Positions 1-7,968 of a DNA stretch of 64,000 nt are shown piece by piece. Origin of the DNA: Candidatus Omnitrophota bacterium (GTDB lineage: Bacteria; Omnitrophota; Gorgyraeia; JABMRN01; RBG-13-46-9); the NCBI GenBank assembly GCA_013203315.1, contig JABMQJ010000020.1, positions 77,079 through 141,078 on the forward strand, given 5' to 3'. The notes below the pieces were generated by a model, which made no database searches, was not told where the DNA came from, and worked only from the letters and a program-made list of their open reading frames with translations. Position 1 is the first letter of the stretch, and each line of letters opens with the position of its first letter. The position numbers were made by a program, and so were the translations under genes.

Positions 1-1030
1 CTTTATCTGAAACATCATGCAATATAAATCTGTTTACACTGGTCTTTAAAGCTTTTAAAAAAATATCACCGGACTGTTCTACGCCGCCACCTATAATAAC
101 CGCTTCGGGCTTAAACGAGTTTATAAGATATGCCGTGCGGACACCGAGATTTGTTCCGGCCATTTTTATAATGTCTCCGGCAACTTCGTCCTTTTCTTTG
201 GCGGCTTTTATAACTGTTTCCAAGGTAATGCTGCCTGCGCCACCCTTCGTCATGTCAATTATTTTTGTGCCGACGCCCTTCTTGATAATATTTTTTACTT
301 CGCCTATGATGCTAAGCTCCCGACCCCATGGCCTCAGGTATGCATATTCGCTTTTTTCTTCGTCTGCTTCGTAAAATCCCTCGTCCTTAATATAAACCAT
401 TTCTCCTGTATCTTTGTAAACATACAGAACGCTTAAGGAATCCCTCGCATCCGGGTTTAGGGCTCTTTCACCAAAAGCCGCACACACCGCGCCGTTGGCG
501 GTCAATATCAAGATTCCCATTTCCTCTTCTAGATCGCTTTTTATTTTTATGATTTCTTCTTTAATATCTTTTGAATCCGCTGATATACCTATTTTTTTAA
601 TTCGTATTTTATCTATTTTTGAAGCATTGAGAAGTTTTTGTACTATTTCGTTTATTAAAAGTTTTAAATCCTTTTTCCCGCAACCTTCGGTGGAATCGCT
701 TGCCAGAACCTGCATGCCTAAATCCAGAATAACCCCTTTTACGCAACTTGCGCTAACGTCTATACCCAGCGTATATCCCCATTCTTTATTCAGCTCTATA
801 AGTTCCGGTCGTCTTCCGCCGCTTGAGATGTCGTAACCGTGCTCCAGTACAAGGCCTTTTTTCAGGTAGCTATTAACATAATTAGATACTGTAACGACGT
901 TAATTTCCGTTAATTTGGATATTTCTGTGCGGGAGGTACTCTTACGAGATTTGATTAAATTCAAAAAAAGTAAGTTTTTCTTTTCGTGGTCAGTTGAGGG
1001 ATTTGCTGTAAATTGTGTCTTTTTTTTCAT
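1..1030 (-). CDS. ROK-family transcriptional regulator (NagC/XylR/Mlc type), 3' end cut by the window edge
   Basis: Reverse-strand translation from ATG at 1030..1028 gives MKKKTQFTANPSTDHEKKNLLFLNLIKSRKSTSRTEISKLTEINVVTVSNYV (winged HTH), then a ROK sugar-kinase fold (GIDVSAS..., ...GGGVEQSGDIFLKALKTSVNRFILHDVSDK). No stop before position 1, which is why it is absent from the ORF track. The plus-strand ORFs at 135..374 and 495..836 are antisense artefacts. Confidence 0.7.
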   Translation of the reverse strand, partial: MKKKTQFTANPSTDHEKKNLLFLNLIKSRKSTSRTEISKLTEINVVTVSNYVNSYLKKGLVLEHGYDISSGGRRPELIELNKEWGYTLGIDVSASCVKGVILDLGMQVLASDSTEGCGKKDLKLLINEIVQKLLNASKIDKIRIKKIGISADSKDIKEEIIKIKSDLEEEMGILILTANGAVCAAFGERALNPDARDSLSVLYVYKDTGEMVYIKDEGFYEADEEKSEYAYLRPWGRELSIIGEVKNIIKKGVGTKIIDMTKGGAGSITLETVIKAAKEKDEVAGDIIKMAGTNLGVRTAYLINSFKPEAVIIGGGVEQSGDIFLKALKTSVNRFILHDVSDK

Positions 1031-1076
1031 GGAACTAACTTTTGTTAGAAAGTGTAGCATAAAACAAACAAAAAGT

Positions 1077-1097
1077 CAAATTTCTGAAAGAAATTTG
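1077..1097. promoter_or_regulatory. Palindrome CAAATTTC-N5-GAAATTTG in the divergent intergenic region; candidate ROK-repressor operator
   Basis: Perfect 8-bp inverted arms with a 5-nt spacer, between the divergently oriented ROK regulator and the 1180 operon. NagC/Mlc-type operators are AT-rich palindromes of this size. Confidence 0.3.
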
Positions 1098-1138
1098 ATC
1101 CTCAAGGTAGTGTTGTCGAATAGATAAATACAAAATCC

Positions 1139-1167
1139 TTGTGGCTTTTTTTGTTTAAGGGTATAAT
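1139..1167 (+). promoter_or_regulatory. Putative sigma70-type promoter (TTGTGG-17-TATAAT) for the 1180..2954 operon
   Basis: TTGTGG at 1139..1144, 17-nt spacer, TATAAT at 1162..1167, 13 nt before the ATG at 1180. Confidence 0.35.
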
Positions 1168-1179
1168 GTTTTAATCTAA

Positions 1180-1656
1180 ATGAAGAAGCTATGTATTATA
1201 ATTATATCGCTAATACTCGCCACTTCGGTAGCGGAGGGGCGCCCTTTCTACAGGGGCTTTAAAAGAGATGTTGGCACAGGGGATGTCGTCTTATCGTTAA
1301 CTGAAATTGTGAGGCTATTCGATCAGCACGCCAAGGTAGTAGGTGGTGCCGGATTCTTCTACGGCGTAAAGTCTAAATTTATGACTATTTCTTCTGATTC
1401 ACACCGTGATTTACTGCAAAATTATATCTTACGCACACCCGGATATATGTTGCGTGCAAGCGGAATTTCAGAAGATGACCCTTCTTTAAGTAAAACTTTC
1501 GTATATTACTGCGGTCTAATGCCTACTGCGTATGATACGTATGCCGTGTGCAGGAATAAGATTTTACTTTGTATTAAAGCGGTGTTCCCCGGTAAAAGTG
1601 ACGCGTTTTACCGGAATATTATGCGCGAAATGCGAAACAACGCGGGCGCGGATTAG
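1180..1656 (+). CDS. Hypothetical secreted protein (N-terminal signal peptide), co-oriented with and abutting the GT87-like gene
   Basis: 158 aa, N-terminus MKKLCIIIISLILATSVAEG, 4 Cys, no recognisable domain. Stop at 1656, next gene starts at 1659. Confidence 0.5.
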   Translation: MKKLCIIIISLILATSVAEGRPFYRGFKRDVGTGDVVLSLTEIVRLFDQHAKVVGGAGFFYGVKSKFMTISSDSHRDLLQNYILRTPGYMLRASGISEDDPSLSKTFVYYCGLMPTAYDTYAVCRNKILLCIKAVFPGKSDAFYRNIMREMRNNAGAD

Positions 1657-1658
1657 TT

Positions 1659-2954
1659 ATGACTTTGTCAGAAAAACTTATCTTTACGCTGAAGAGGAAA
1701 AAGTGGCTAATAGCGCTTCTTTTGGTCGCGGTTTTTGTTTCTCTCGGTTTTTACACTACGTGGAGAACGCATTATAAATCGACCGATTTCGATACATACT
1801 ATTATGCAGGCCGCGATGTTTTAGCAGGCGCTTCTGTTTATACGGAGCATGAAAGCATAAGCCCTTATATTTACCCGCCATTTTTTGCATGCTTGATTGC
1901 GCCGTTTACATTATTTAGCCTGGAAGTAACTTCGGTTTTTTGGTATATTTTAAATCTTGCCCTTTTCTTTCTTTCTATTTTATTAAGCTTTCGCCTGATT
2001 TTTGACGATAAGCCTAAGGCCATTAATCCTAACGTACTTTTATCGGCGCCGGTAATTCTGTTTTTTGTTATGCTCACCGGGCTTTTTATAGACAACATAT
2101 CGATGCTGCAGGCTAACATATCGATACTCTTTTTGGTCGTAGCGGGGCTTTACTTTTTTAAGAAAAAAATGGATCTTCCGGCATCCTTTTTTTTAGGCCT
2201 GGCCATTTCGATTAAGGTAATTCCGATTTTATTTTTGATTTATTTTATTGTTAAAAAGGAATTCAAGATGGCGGTATTTACCGCCCTATGGACGGGGTTA
2301 TTTTCTTATGCCGTGCCGGCGGCTTTCATGGGACCGGATAACGCCTGGGTTTCTCTTGACATGTGGAGCAAAAGCATGCTTTTTAAATTCATGTCGAAAA
2401 ACCCGGATTTCGACATGTTAATATACATGTTCAATCCGCAAAATCAGTCAGTTACGGCATTTTTTTCCAGGTGGCTTATAAAAAATGATTTTCTTATCAT
2501 TCACTTCAAAAGGATGGCGCACGAGTATCCTGCATTCCTGATACCCTGGACTTTGTCCATGACAAGAGAGAGCGTGTTTTTCATATCCAAGGTTTTTACG
2601 TTTCTGGTGGGTGCTGTGACGTTTCTTTGTTGTTTTGGAAAAATAAAAAATAGAGGCGACCACTTACTTAACTACGAATACTCCCTGATGTTTCTCGTAT
2701 CGCTTATAGTAAATCCGGTTTTAAAAACGCAGCAGATGATTTTTCTCATGTTTCCTGCGCTCTTACTTTTGTCCCGTATTATCAAGCCCGTAGGAAATGG
2801 CCGATTTCTTCGCCCGGCTTTTTTGAGCTTTGCGTTCTTATATTTATCTCAGGTTTTTGGGGTGTCTAAAATGCTGGGGTTCGGAACACTTTCAATTTTA
2901 CTGCTATGGGGAATCCTGCTGGTAAGTTACCGTGGCCTTATTAGGCGTGTTTAG
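1659..2954 (+). CDS. Polytopic membrane glycosyltransferase, DUF2029/GT87-like (PimE-type mannosyltransferase fold)
   Basis: 431 aa, >10 predicted TM segments. The first extracytoplasmic loop carries the DF..YY.AG...L.G...Y.......Y.YPP pattern (DFDTYYYAGRDVLAGASVYTEHESISPYIYPPFF) typical of DUF2029/GT87. Confidence 0.55.
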   Translation: MTLSEKLIFTLKRKKWLIALLLVAVFVSLGFYTTWRTHYKSTDFDTYYYAGRDVLAGASVYTEHESISPYIYPPFFACLIAPFTLFSLEVTSVFWYILNLALFFLSILLSFRLIFDDKPKAINPNVLLSAPVILFFVMLTGLFIDNISMLQANISILFLVVAGLYFFKKKMDLPASFFLGLAISIKVIPILFLIYFIVKKEFKMAVFTALWTGLFSYAVPAAFMGPDNAWVSLDMWSKSMLFKFMSKNPDFDMLIYMFNPQNQSVTAFFSRWLIKNDFLIIHFKRMAHEYPAFLIPWTLSMTRESVFFISKVFTFLVGAVTFLCCFGKIKNRGDHLLNYEYSLMFLVSLIVNPVLKTQQMIFLMFPALLLLSRIIKPVGNGRFLRPAFLSFAFLYLSQVFGVSKMLGFGTLSILLLWGILLVSYRGLIRRV

Positions 2955-3075
2955 AAAGGCCTCGGAAGAATTGGTTAGGTTGTTTTTTTGGCTCTTTTTC
3001 GTCTAAAAAAGCCCGCTCCAAATCGAAGCATAGTAGAGGGTTCAGGGATAGCATTGCAAGTCCCGTCTATGCATA

Positions 3076-3111
3076 TTTGTAACGCCTGCGATTTCTTGTT
3101 CAATCTGTACC
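3076..3111. repeat. Left ~36-bp imperfect inverted repeat flanking the RAYT gene
   Basis: TTTGTAACGCCTGCGATTT...TGTACC. Its reverse complement recurs at 3701..3737 (TTTGTAACGTTTGCGATTT...TGTACC), 17/19 identical in the outer block, with a shared TGTACC inner block. Confidence 0.5.
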
Positions 3112-3194
3112 TTTTTTTGATTTTAAGAGTGTACCCTATTTTTTTAAAAAATATGCAGCAAAATAGCCATTTTTGTTGTCTATATATATGAGGG

Positions 3195-3689
3195 GTGAAA
3201 ATTATGCCGGTAACATCCAGAATATTGATTGAATACGCTTGTTATCATATTATCACAAGGGGCAATCAAAAACAACGGATTTTCAGCGAAAATAATGACC
3301 ATGCTAGATATCTAGGAATCCTTAAGAGAGCAAAGAAGAAATACAAGATATCTTTGTATTCATACTGCCTTATGCCCAATCATGTGCACTTGCTAATTGA
3401 GGCAGAAGAGGTAGAGAAGATATCCAAGTTTATGCAATGGGTTAATAGGGGTTATACAGCGTGTTTTAACTCAAAATATGACAAAGTCGGGCATCTTTGG
3501 CAGGGTAGGTTTAAAAGCAAGCCTATATTAAAAGGTGAGTATCTTGTGCATTGCTCTACATACATAGAGGAAAATCCTGTTAGAGCAAATATGGTAGATG
3601 ACCCTGTAAAGTATAAATGGAGTAGCTACAGAGAGAGATGCCTAATAGCAGGTAAATCTATGCTAGATGAGATAAGGGTACAGCTTTAA
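3195..3689 (+). CDS. REP-associated tyrosine transposase (RAYT), IS200/Y1 HuH superfamily
   Basis: 164 aa. HuH motif PNHVHLLIE. C-terminal ENPVRANMVDDPVKYKWSSY matches the RAYT NPV+A..V..P..Y.WSS catalytic-Tyr motif. N-terminal YHIITRGNQ is typical of Transposase_17. Confidence 0.8.
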   Translation: MKIMPVTSRILIEYACYHIITRGNQKQRIFSENNDHARYLGILKRAKKKYKISLYSYCLMPNHVHLLIEAEEVEKISKFMQWVNRGYTACFNSKYDKVGHLWQGRFKSKPILKGEYLVHCSTYIEENPVRANMVDDPVKYKWSSYRERCLIAGKSMLDEIRVQL

Positions 3690-3700
3690 GTTCGGATTTG

Positions 3701-3737
3701 GGTACACTTTGCTATTCAAAATCGCAAACGTTACAAA
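3701..3737. repeat. Right ~36-bp imperfect inverted repeat flanking the RAYT gene
   Basis: GGTACACTTTGCTATTCAAAATCGCAAACGTTACAAA is the reverse complement of the 3076..3111 repeat with few mismatches. Confidence 0.5.
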
Positions 3738-3776
3738 GCTTCCATAAATTGCGTTGTTCTCTATAGTTAGTGAGAT

Positions 3777-4688
3777 TTATATTTTTATTATTCTTTTTAC
3801 TTCTCTCTTTATCTTAGAATAAATCTTTCTTTTTAATCCGATTAATTTCTCCATCTTAGATTTTTTATATATTTCTTTGCACTGTATAACTACATATCTC
3901 TTTTCATCGTCAATCCTTAAGTCGATCTCAGGGCTGCTGAGGCTGCTCCAATTTCCTGCTAATGGGATAGGCGCGCATATTTTTGTTGCGTTAGATAAAA
4001 ATGAAGCCCACCAGTAATAAGTGCTATTAGAAATAATAATTGTTTTAAACGATGAGATGAATTTAAATTTATCTAGCGTGTCAGCAAAATGAACCGTAGC
4101 ATTGTATCTTTTTTTAAATAAGTAAATAAAAGGACCGTGCGGCGAGTCGGTACAAATAAATATTCTCCTATGGTGAACGTCTGTTAACGCTTCTTCATAA
4201 TAGGAAAAAGGGAGTGCGCTTCCTCCTTTAACATAATCACCCCTACGGATACAAACAACAACGTCATCCGAATCTATTCGGTCTTTAGTATTCATATCCA
4301 TCAAAAGCCAATTCTTTCTTATCACATCTTTATAGGACTTATAATACTCGTATCGTTGGAAGTATCCCTCCAGAACAATTTTTCTTTTTGATTTGTTATC
4401 GATAATGGATTTTAAGTTAAGATTTTTATTTTTCCAGCTCAAAACTTTGGAATAGTCTCCGCGGTAATAATGAGGGGGGCAGTCGTGCGCTATTACTTGA
4501 ATGGGGTAACCCTGGGAATAATCTTCTCCGTTTATCTGCTTTTCTGTGTTGGGGAAACCCGGTATAGGGTCGGCTTTTAATTTATAACCCAGCCCTTCCG
4601 CTATGATCCTTCCGAAACAGTACTGGAAGAGATTATTACCTAACCTGCCCATATATTTCACTTCAACCATGCGATTCACCTCGTCCAA
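3777..4688 (-). CDS. Glycosyltransferase family 11 (alpha-1,2-fucosyltransferase-like)
   Basis: 303 aa. N-terminal YMGRLGNNLFQYCFG matches the GT11 GGLGNQMFQYA motif. CIRRGDY matches the GT11 HxRRGDY motif. Has the YYWWASFLS C-terminal motif. Confidence 0.65.
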   Translation of the reverse strand: MDEVNRMVEVKYMGRLGNNLFQYCFGRIIAEGLGYKLKADPIPGFPNTEKQINGEDYSQGYPIQVIAHDCPPHYYRGDYSKVLSWKNKNLNLKSIIDNKSKRKIVLEGYFQRYEYYKSYKDVIRKNWLLMDMNTKDRIDSDDVVVCIRRGDYVKGGSALPFSYYEEALTDVHHRRIFICTDSPHGPFIYLFKKRYNATVHFADTLDKFKFISSFKTIIISNSTYYWWASFLSNATKICAPIPLAGNWSSLSSPEIDLRIDDEKRYVVIQCKEIYKKSKMEKLIGLKRKIYSKIKREVKRIIKI

Positions 4689-4710
4689 TAGTGAAAAAGA
4701 TGATATTAAC

Positions 4711-4757
4711 TGGTAGCCCCAACGGGATTCGAACCCGTGTCTTCAGAATGAGAATCT
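4711..4757. repeat. 47-bp direct repeat identical to the 3' half of tRNA-Glu(CUC) (6012..6058); putative att-site remnant
   Basis: tggtagccccaacgggattcgaacccgtgtcttcagaatgagaatct occurs at 4711..4757 and at 6012..6058, same orientation. The two copies bracket 4758..6011. Confidence 0.7.
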
Positions 4758-6002
4758 ATGTAGTGTTTTTCTATTGAGTGCCGCCTTCCAGAACAACGGA
4801 GTTCCGTCATAATCATATGAAATTCCGCAGGCGAAGAACACTAATGTCATTATACAGACAAAGACAGAAAAATAAATAATTCTTTTATTTGTTACCCTTT
4901 TGAATAATAGATTAAAGATAGACCCGGCCATAATCGCTATTCCTAGGGACGGAAAATAATACGAGCGGGAATTACTTGCAAACCCCACATCAAGCATGTA
5001 TACAGCAAATCCTGAAATCATCCACAAATATCCCCACAGAAAATCGATGGCCGCATGTCTGGTTGTATATGTTTCGCCGGCATGCCGGGATGCAACATGA
5101 AAACAGGATAAGTAAAATATTATTCCACTGGCTATAAAAATTAAAAAAACTGACAAGCTGCTTGTCAAAGCTGCGAAGCCTTCCGATATCCACTCCAATG
5201 AAAACATCGATAATAGCGCCCTGCAACCATGATACTGCACGGATAGAAAGACATGAAAGATTTTAAGCAAAGAGAGATGGGGGTTATTGGCATGCGGAAA
5301 AGTCATATAACAAACGGCATAAATCGCCGGCCCGATTGACAACAGTAAACCCGTCTTCATCGTCCTTTCTATGACACTGCGCCATTTAACGGATTCTTTC
5401 AAAGATAAAATCATTTCAAATACCGTTATTAAAATAATGCTTGATATAAATGAAGGGTGGCTTAAGCATACAAAAAATAGCAGAAAATTCAATGCTAAAA
5501 TTGAAAAAAATCTGCTCCTAAAACATGTTTGCCGCCTAAAGTTAAGAAAAAGAAGACTTATAAGAAGAAAAAGCAGAAGATGTAACGGCTGTGAGAGCCC
5601 CACAATATAGATCGACTCATAGGTTATTGGCATAACCAAGAATACTGAAGCAATTAATATGGAAATACTATAAGGTATTTTTATCCTGTATAATAATATC
5701 CAGAAAAAGTAGGCAGCCATGAAATGGAAAAACGCTATTATAAACTTGTGGAGAGGCGTTCCCAGTCTGTAAGCAAACCAGAGATAAACAGGGTCTAATG
5801 GGCGTGCAAAATATCCGATTCCAGTATGAAGCGACCTATCGAAAACAGTTTTTTTAAAAGCATCGGAAAAAGAATCGTTATCTAACATTTTATATGAATA
5901 GGGGATATCGTCAGCAAAATAAGGGGTTTTGTAACTCCACATTCCCCAGGCACAAAACCATATAGCAAGCATTCCTATGAAAACTATAAAGCATTTCTTC
6001 AT
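4743..6002 (-). CDS. Polytopic membrane protein, possible GT-C-fold glycosyltransferase; sole cargo of the tRNA-bracketed islet
   Basis: 419 aa, ~11 TM segments, acidic YFADDIPYSY motif in the first loop. Its last four codons and stop (AGA TTC TCA TTC TGA) lie inside the tRNA-derived repeat at 4746..4757. Confidence 0.5.
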   Translation of the reverse strand: MKKCFIVFIGMLAIWFCAWGMWSYKTPYFADDIPYSYKMLDNDSFSDAFKKTVFDRSLHTGIGYFARPLDPVYLWFAYRLGTPLHKFIIAFFHFMAAYFFWILLYRIKIPYSISILIASVFLVMPITYESIYIVGLSQPLHLLLFLLISLLFLNFRRQTCFRSRFFSILALNFLLFFVCLSHPSFISSIILITVFEMILSLKESVKWRSVIERTMKTGLLLSIGPAIYAVCYMTFPHANNPHLSLLKIFHVFLSVQYHGCRALLSMFSLEWISEGFAALTSSLSVFLIFIASGIIFYLSCFHVASRHAGETYTTRHAAIDFLWGYLWMISGFAVYMLDVGFASNSRSYYFPSLGIAIMAGSIFNLLFKRVTNKRIIYFSVFVCIMTLVFFACGISYDYDGTPLFWKAALNRKTLHRFSF

Positions 6003-6011
6003 TTATTTAAG

Positions 6012-6089
6012 TGGTAGCCCCAACGGGATTCGAACCCGTGTCTTCAGAATGAGAATCTGATGTCCTAGACCGGACTAGACGATGGGGCC
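6012..6089 (-). tRNA. tRNA-Glu (anticodon CUC)
   Basis: Reverse complement GGCCCCATCGTCTAGTCCGGTCTAGGACATCAGATTCTCATTCTGAAGACACGGGTTCGAATCCCGTTGGGGCTACCA. Anticodon stem TCAGA/TCTGA, loop TTCTCAT, GGTTCGAAT T-loop, encoded CCA. Confidence 0.8.
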
Positions 6090-6100
6090 ATGATTAAAAA

Positions 6101-6187
6101 TGGTGCGAGGAGGGGGATTCGAACCCCCAAGAGCTTGCGCCCACCAGCCCCTCAAGCTGGCGTGTCTGCCAGTTTCACCATCCTCGC
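6101..6187 (-). tRNA. tRNA-Leu (anticodon GAG)
   Basis: 87 nt with a long variable arm. Acceptor GCGAGGA/TCCTCGC, anticodon loop TTGAGGG, T-loop TTCGAAT, CCA encoded. The plus-strand ORF 6100..6318 across it is spurious. Confidence 0.85.
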
Positions 6188-6215
6188 ATGTAGCTTGTTA
6201 TTCTATCCTATTATT

Positions 6216-7886
6216 TTATTTTTTCAATAGAATTTTCTTCCACGTATCGCGCAAAGATACTATTCTATTAAATATTAGATTTTTATCGGAAGAGTCGACG
6301 CTGTCGACGCAAAAATAACCTTGTCGTTCGAATTGATAACGGCTGCCGGGTTTTGCATTTTTAAGACCAGGCTCCAATTGACACGATTGCAATACAATTA
6401 AAGAGTTTGGGTTTAAATTTGATATAAAATCTTTTCCTTCTTCTGCTTCCTCCGGATCCCGCTTTGTAAAAAGCGTATCGTATAAGCGTACTTCAGCACT
6501 TACGGCATCTTGCGCTGAAACCCAATGAAGCGTTGCTTTGACTTTACGGCCATCGGGGGAATTGCCGCCCTTTGTAGCGGGGTCATACGTACAATGCAAC
6601 TCGGTTACCTTGCCTGTTTTTTTATCCTTGATTACTTTTTCGCACTTAATGAAATACGCGTATCGCAGGCGTACTTCCTTGCCCGGAGATAAGCGGTAGA
6701 ACTTCTTCGGCGGATCTTCCCGGAAGTCATCTTCTTCAATATAAAGTTCTTTCGAAAAAGGAACTTTTCTCGTCGAGGCGGACGGGTCTTCCGGATTGTT
6801 TATAGCGTCCAGTTCTTCTTTTTTGTTTTCCGGATAATTTGTAATTACTACTTTTAGCGGTTTTAAAACTGCCATAACGCGCTGAGATTTTTTATTTAGT
6901 TCCTCACGTATACTATTCTCGAGCACGACAAGATCTATAATGCTGTCAACTTTTGCGACACCTATGTGATCGCAGAAATTTCTTATGGATTCCGGGGTGT
7001 ATCCGCGTCTTCGTAAGCCACCGAGCGTCGGCATTCGCGGGTCATCCCAGCCGCTCACGTATTTTTTCTTTATGAGATCCAGGAGTTTTCGTTTGCTCAA
7101 AATCGTATGGCTGATATTAAGCCTCGCGAACTCTATTTGCTGGGGATGATGCGCTCCGAGTTCATTAAGAATCCGGTCATACAGCGGCCTGTGCACGTCA
7201 AACTCTAAGGTACAAAGTGAATGCGTTATTCCTTCGATGGAGTCGGATAAACAATGCGTAAAATCATAAGTAGGATAAATGCACCATTTGTCGCCTGTTC
7301 TATAATGTGATTTTTTTCTAATACGATAAAGAATCGGGTCGCGCATAAGCATGTTTGGAGACGCCATGTCGATTTTTGCGCGCAGTACCCGAGAACCGTT
7401 TTCAAATTCTCCTTTTTTCATGCGGCTAAATAAATCTAGATTTTCGTCGACCGTACGGTTCCGGTAGGGGCTATTTTTCCCGGGTTCTTTTACCGTACCG
7501 CGATATTTCCTGATTTCTTCAAGGTTTAGATCGCAAACATAGGCTTTTTCTTTGTTAATTAATTCGACTGCATAGCCGTAGAGTTTTTCGAAATAGTCGG
7601 ATGCGAAGTACAGGCGATTTCCCCAATCAAATCCAAGCCATTTTACGTCTTCTTGAATTGACTTTACATATTCTATATTCTCTGTTTCGGGGTTTGTGTC
7701 GTCGAAACGTAGGTTGCAAAGACCCTTATAGTCTTTTGCAATACCAAAACTAATGCAGATTGCCTTGGCGTGTCCTATGTGAAGATACCCGTTCGGTTCA
7801 GGCGGAAACCGGGTGTGAATCCGGCTTTCGTTTTTGTTAGCCTCTAAGTCTTTATCGATGATTTCACGAATGAAATTTGTGGTCAT
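6216..7886 (-). CDS. glnS: Glutaminyl-tRNA synthetase
   Basis: 556 aa. HIGH motif region [20 protein letters not shown] and class I GlnRS architecture throughout. Confidence 0.9.
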   Translation of the reverse strand: MTTNFIREIIDKDLEANKNESRIHTRFPPEPNGYLHIGHAKAICISFGIAKDYKGLCNLRFDDTNPETENIEYVKSIQEDVKWLGFDWGNRLYFASDYFEKLYGYAVELINKEKAYVCDLNLEEIRKYRGTVKEPGKNSPYRNRTVDENLDLFSRMKKGEFENGSRVLRAKIDMASPNMLMRDPILYRIRKKSHYRTGDKWCIYPTYDFTHCLSDSIEGITHSLCTLEFDVHRPLYDRILNELGAHHPQQIEFARLNISHTILSKRKLLDLIKKKYVSGWDDPRMPTLGGLRRRGYTPESIRNFCDHIGVAKVDSIIDLVVLENSIREELNKKSQRVMAVLKPLKVVITNYPENKKEELDAINNPEDPSASTRKVPFSKELYIEEDDFREDPPKKFYRLSPGKEVRLRYAYFIKCEKVIKDKKTGKVTELHCTYDPATKGGNSPDGRKVKATLHWVSAQDAVSAEVRLYDTLFTKRDPEEAEEGKDFISNLNPNSLIVLQSCQLEPGLKNAKPGSRYQFERQGYFCVDSVDSSDKNLIFNRIVSLRDTWKKILLKK

Positions 7887-7891
7887 ATGTT

Positions 7892-7965
7892 TGGTTGCCC
7901 AGCTAGGATTCGAACCTAGGCAAACTGCTCCAGAGGCAGTTGTGCTACCGTTACACCACCGGGCA
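7892..7965 (-). tRNA. tRNA-Gln (anticodon CUG)
   Basis: TGCCCGGTGGTGTAACGGTAGCACAACTGCCTCTGGAGCAGTTTGCCTAGGTTCGAATCCTAGCTGGGCAACCA. U1-A72 start typical of tRNA-Gln, anticodon stem ACTGC/GCAGT, loop CTCTGGA. Confidence 0.8.
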
Positions 7966-7968
7966 CTA

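Larger units (their letters stand above)
3076..3737 (+). mobile_element. RAYT unit (REPtron-like): single Y1 transposase gene bounded by inverted ~36-bp repeats
   Basis: A lone HuH Y1 transposase with inverted flanking repeats. No second IS605-type tnpB ORF is present. Confidence 0.5.

Noticed and set aside
135-836. Plus-strand ORFs 135..374 and 495..836
   Set aside because: They are antisense to the much longer ROK regulator reading frame on the minus strand and have low-complexity, hydrophobic junk composition.
2988-3191. 67-aa ORF upstream of the RAYT
   Set aside because: It overlaps the left inverted repeat and the promoter region, has no Shine-Dalgarno, and is low complexity.
4758-6011. 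An integrase or excisionase within the tRNA-bracketed islet
   Set aside because: The segment holds a single membrane-protein ORF and no recombinase, so it cannot be called an intact integrative element.
6100-6318. ORFs drawn across tRNA genes (6100..6318, 7834..8037, 31149..31449, and the N-terminus of 40304..41605)
   Set aside because: They run through tRNA-Leu, tRNA-Gln, the tRNA-Leu/Val/Cys array and tRNA-Glu(UUC) respectively. They are artefacts, and the GT4 start was moved to 41521.
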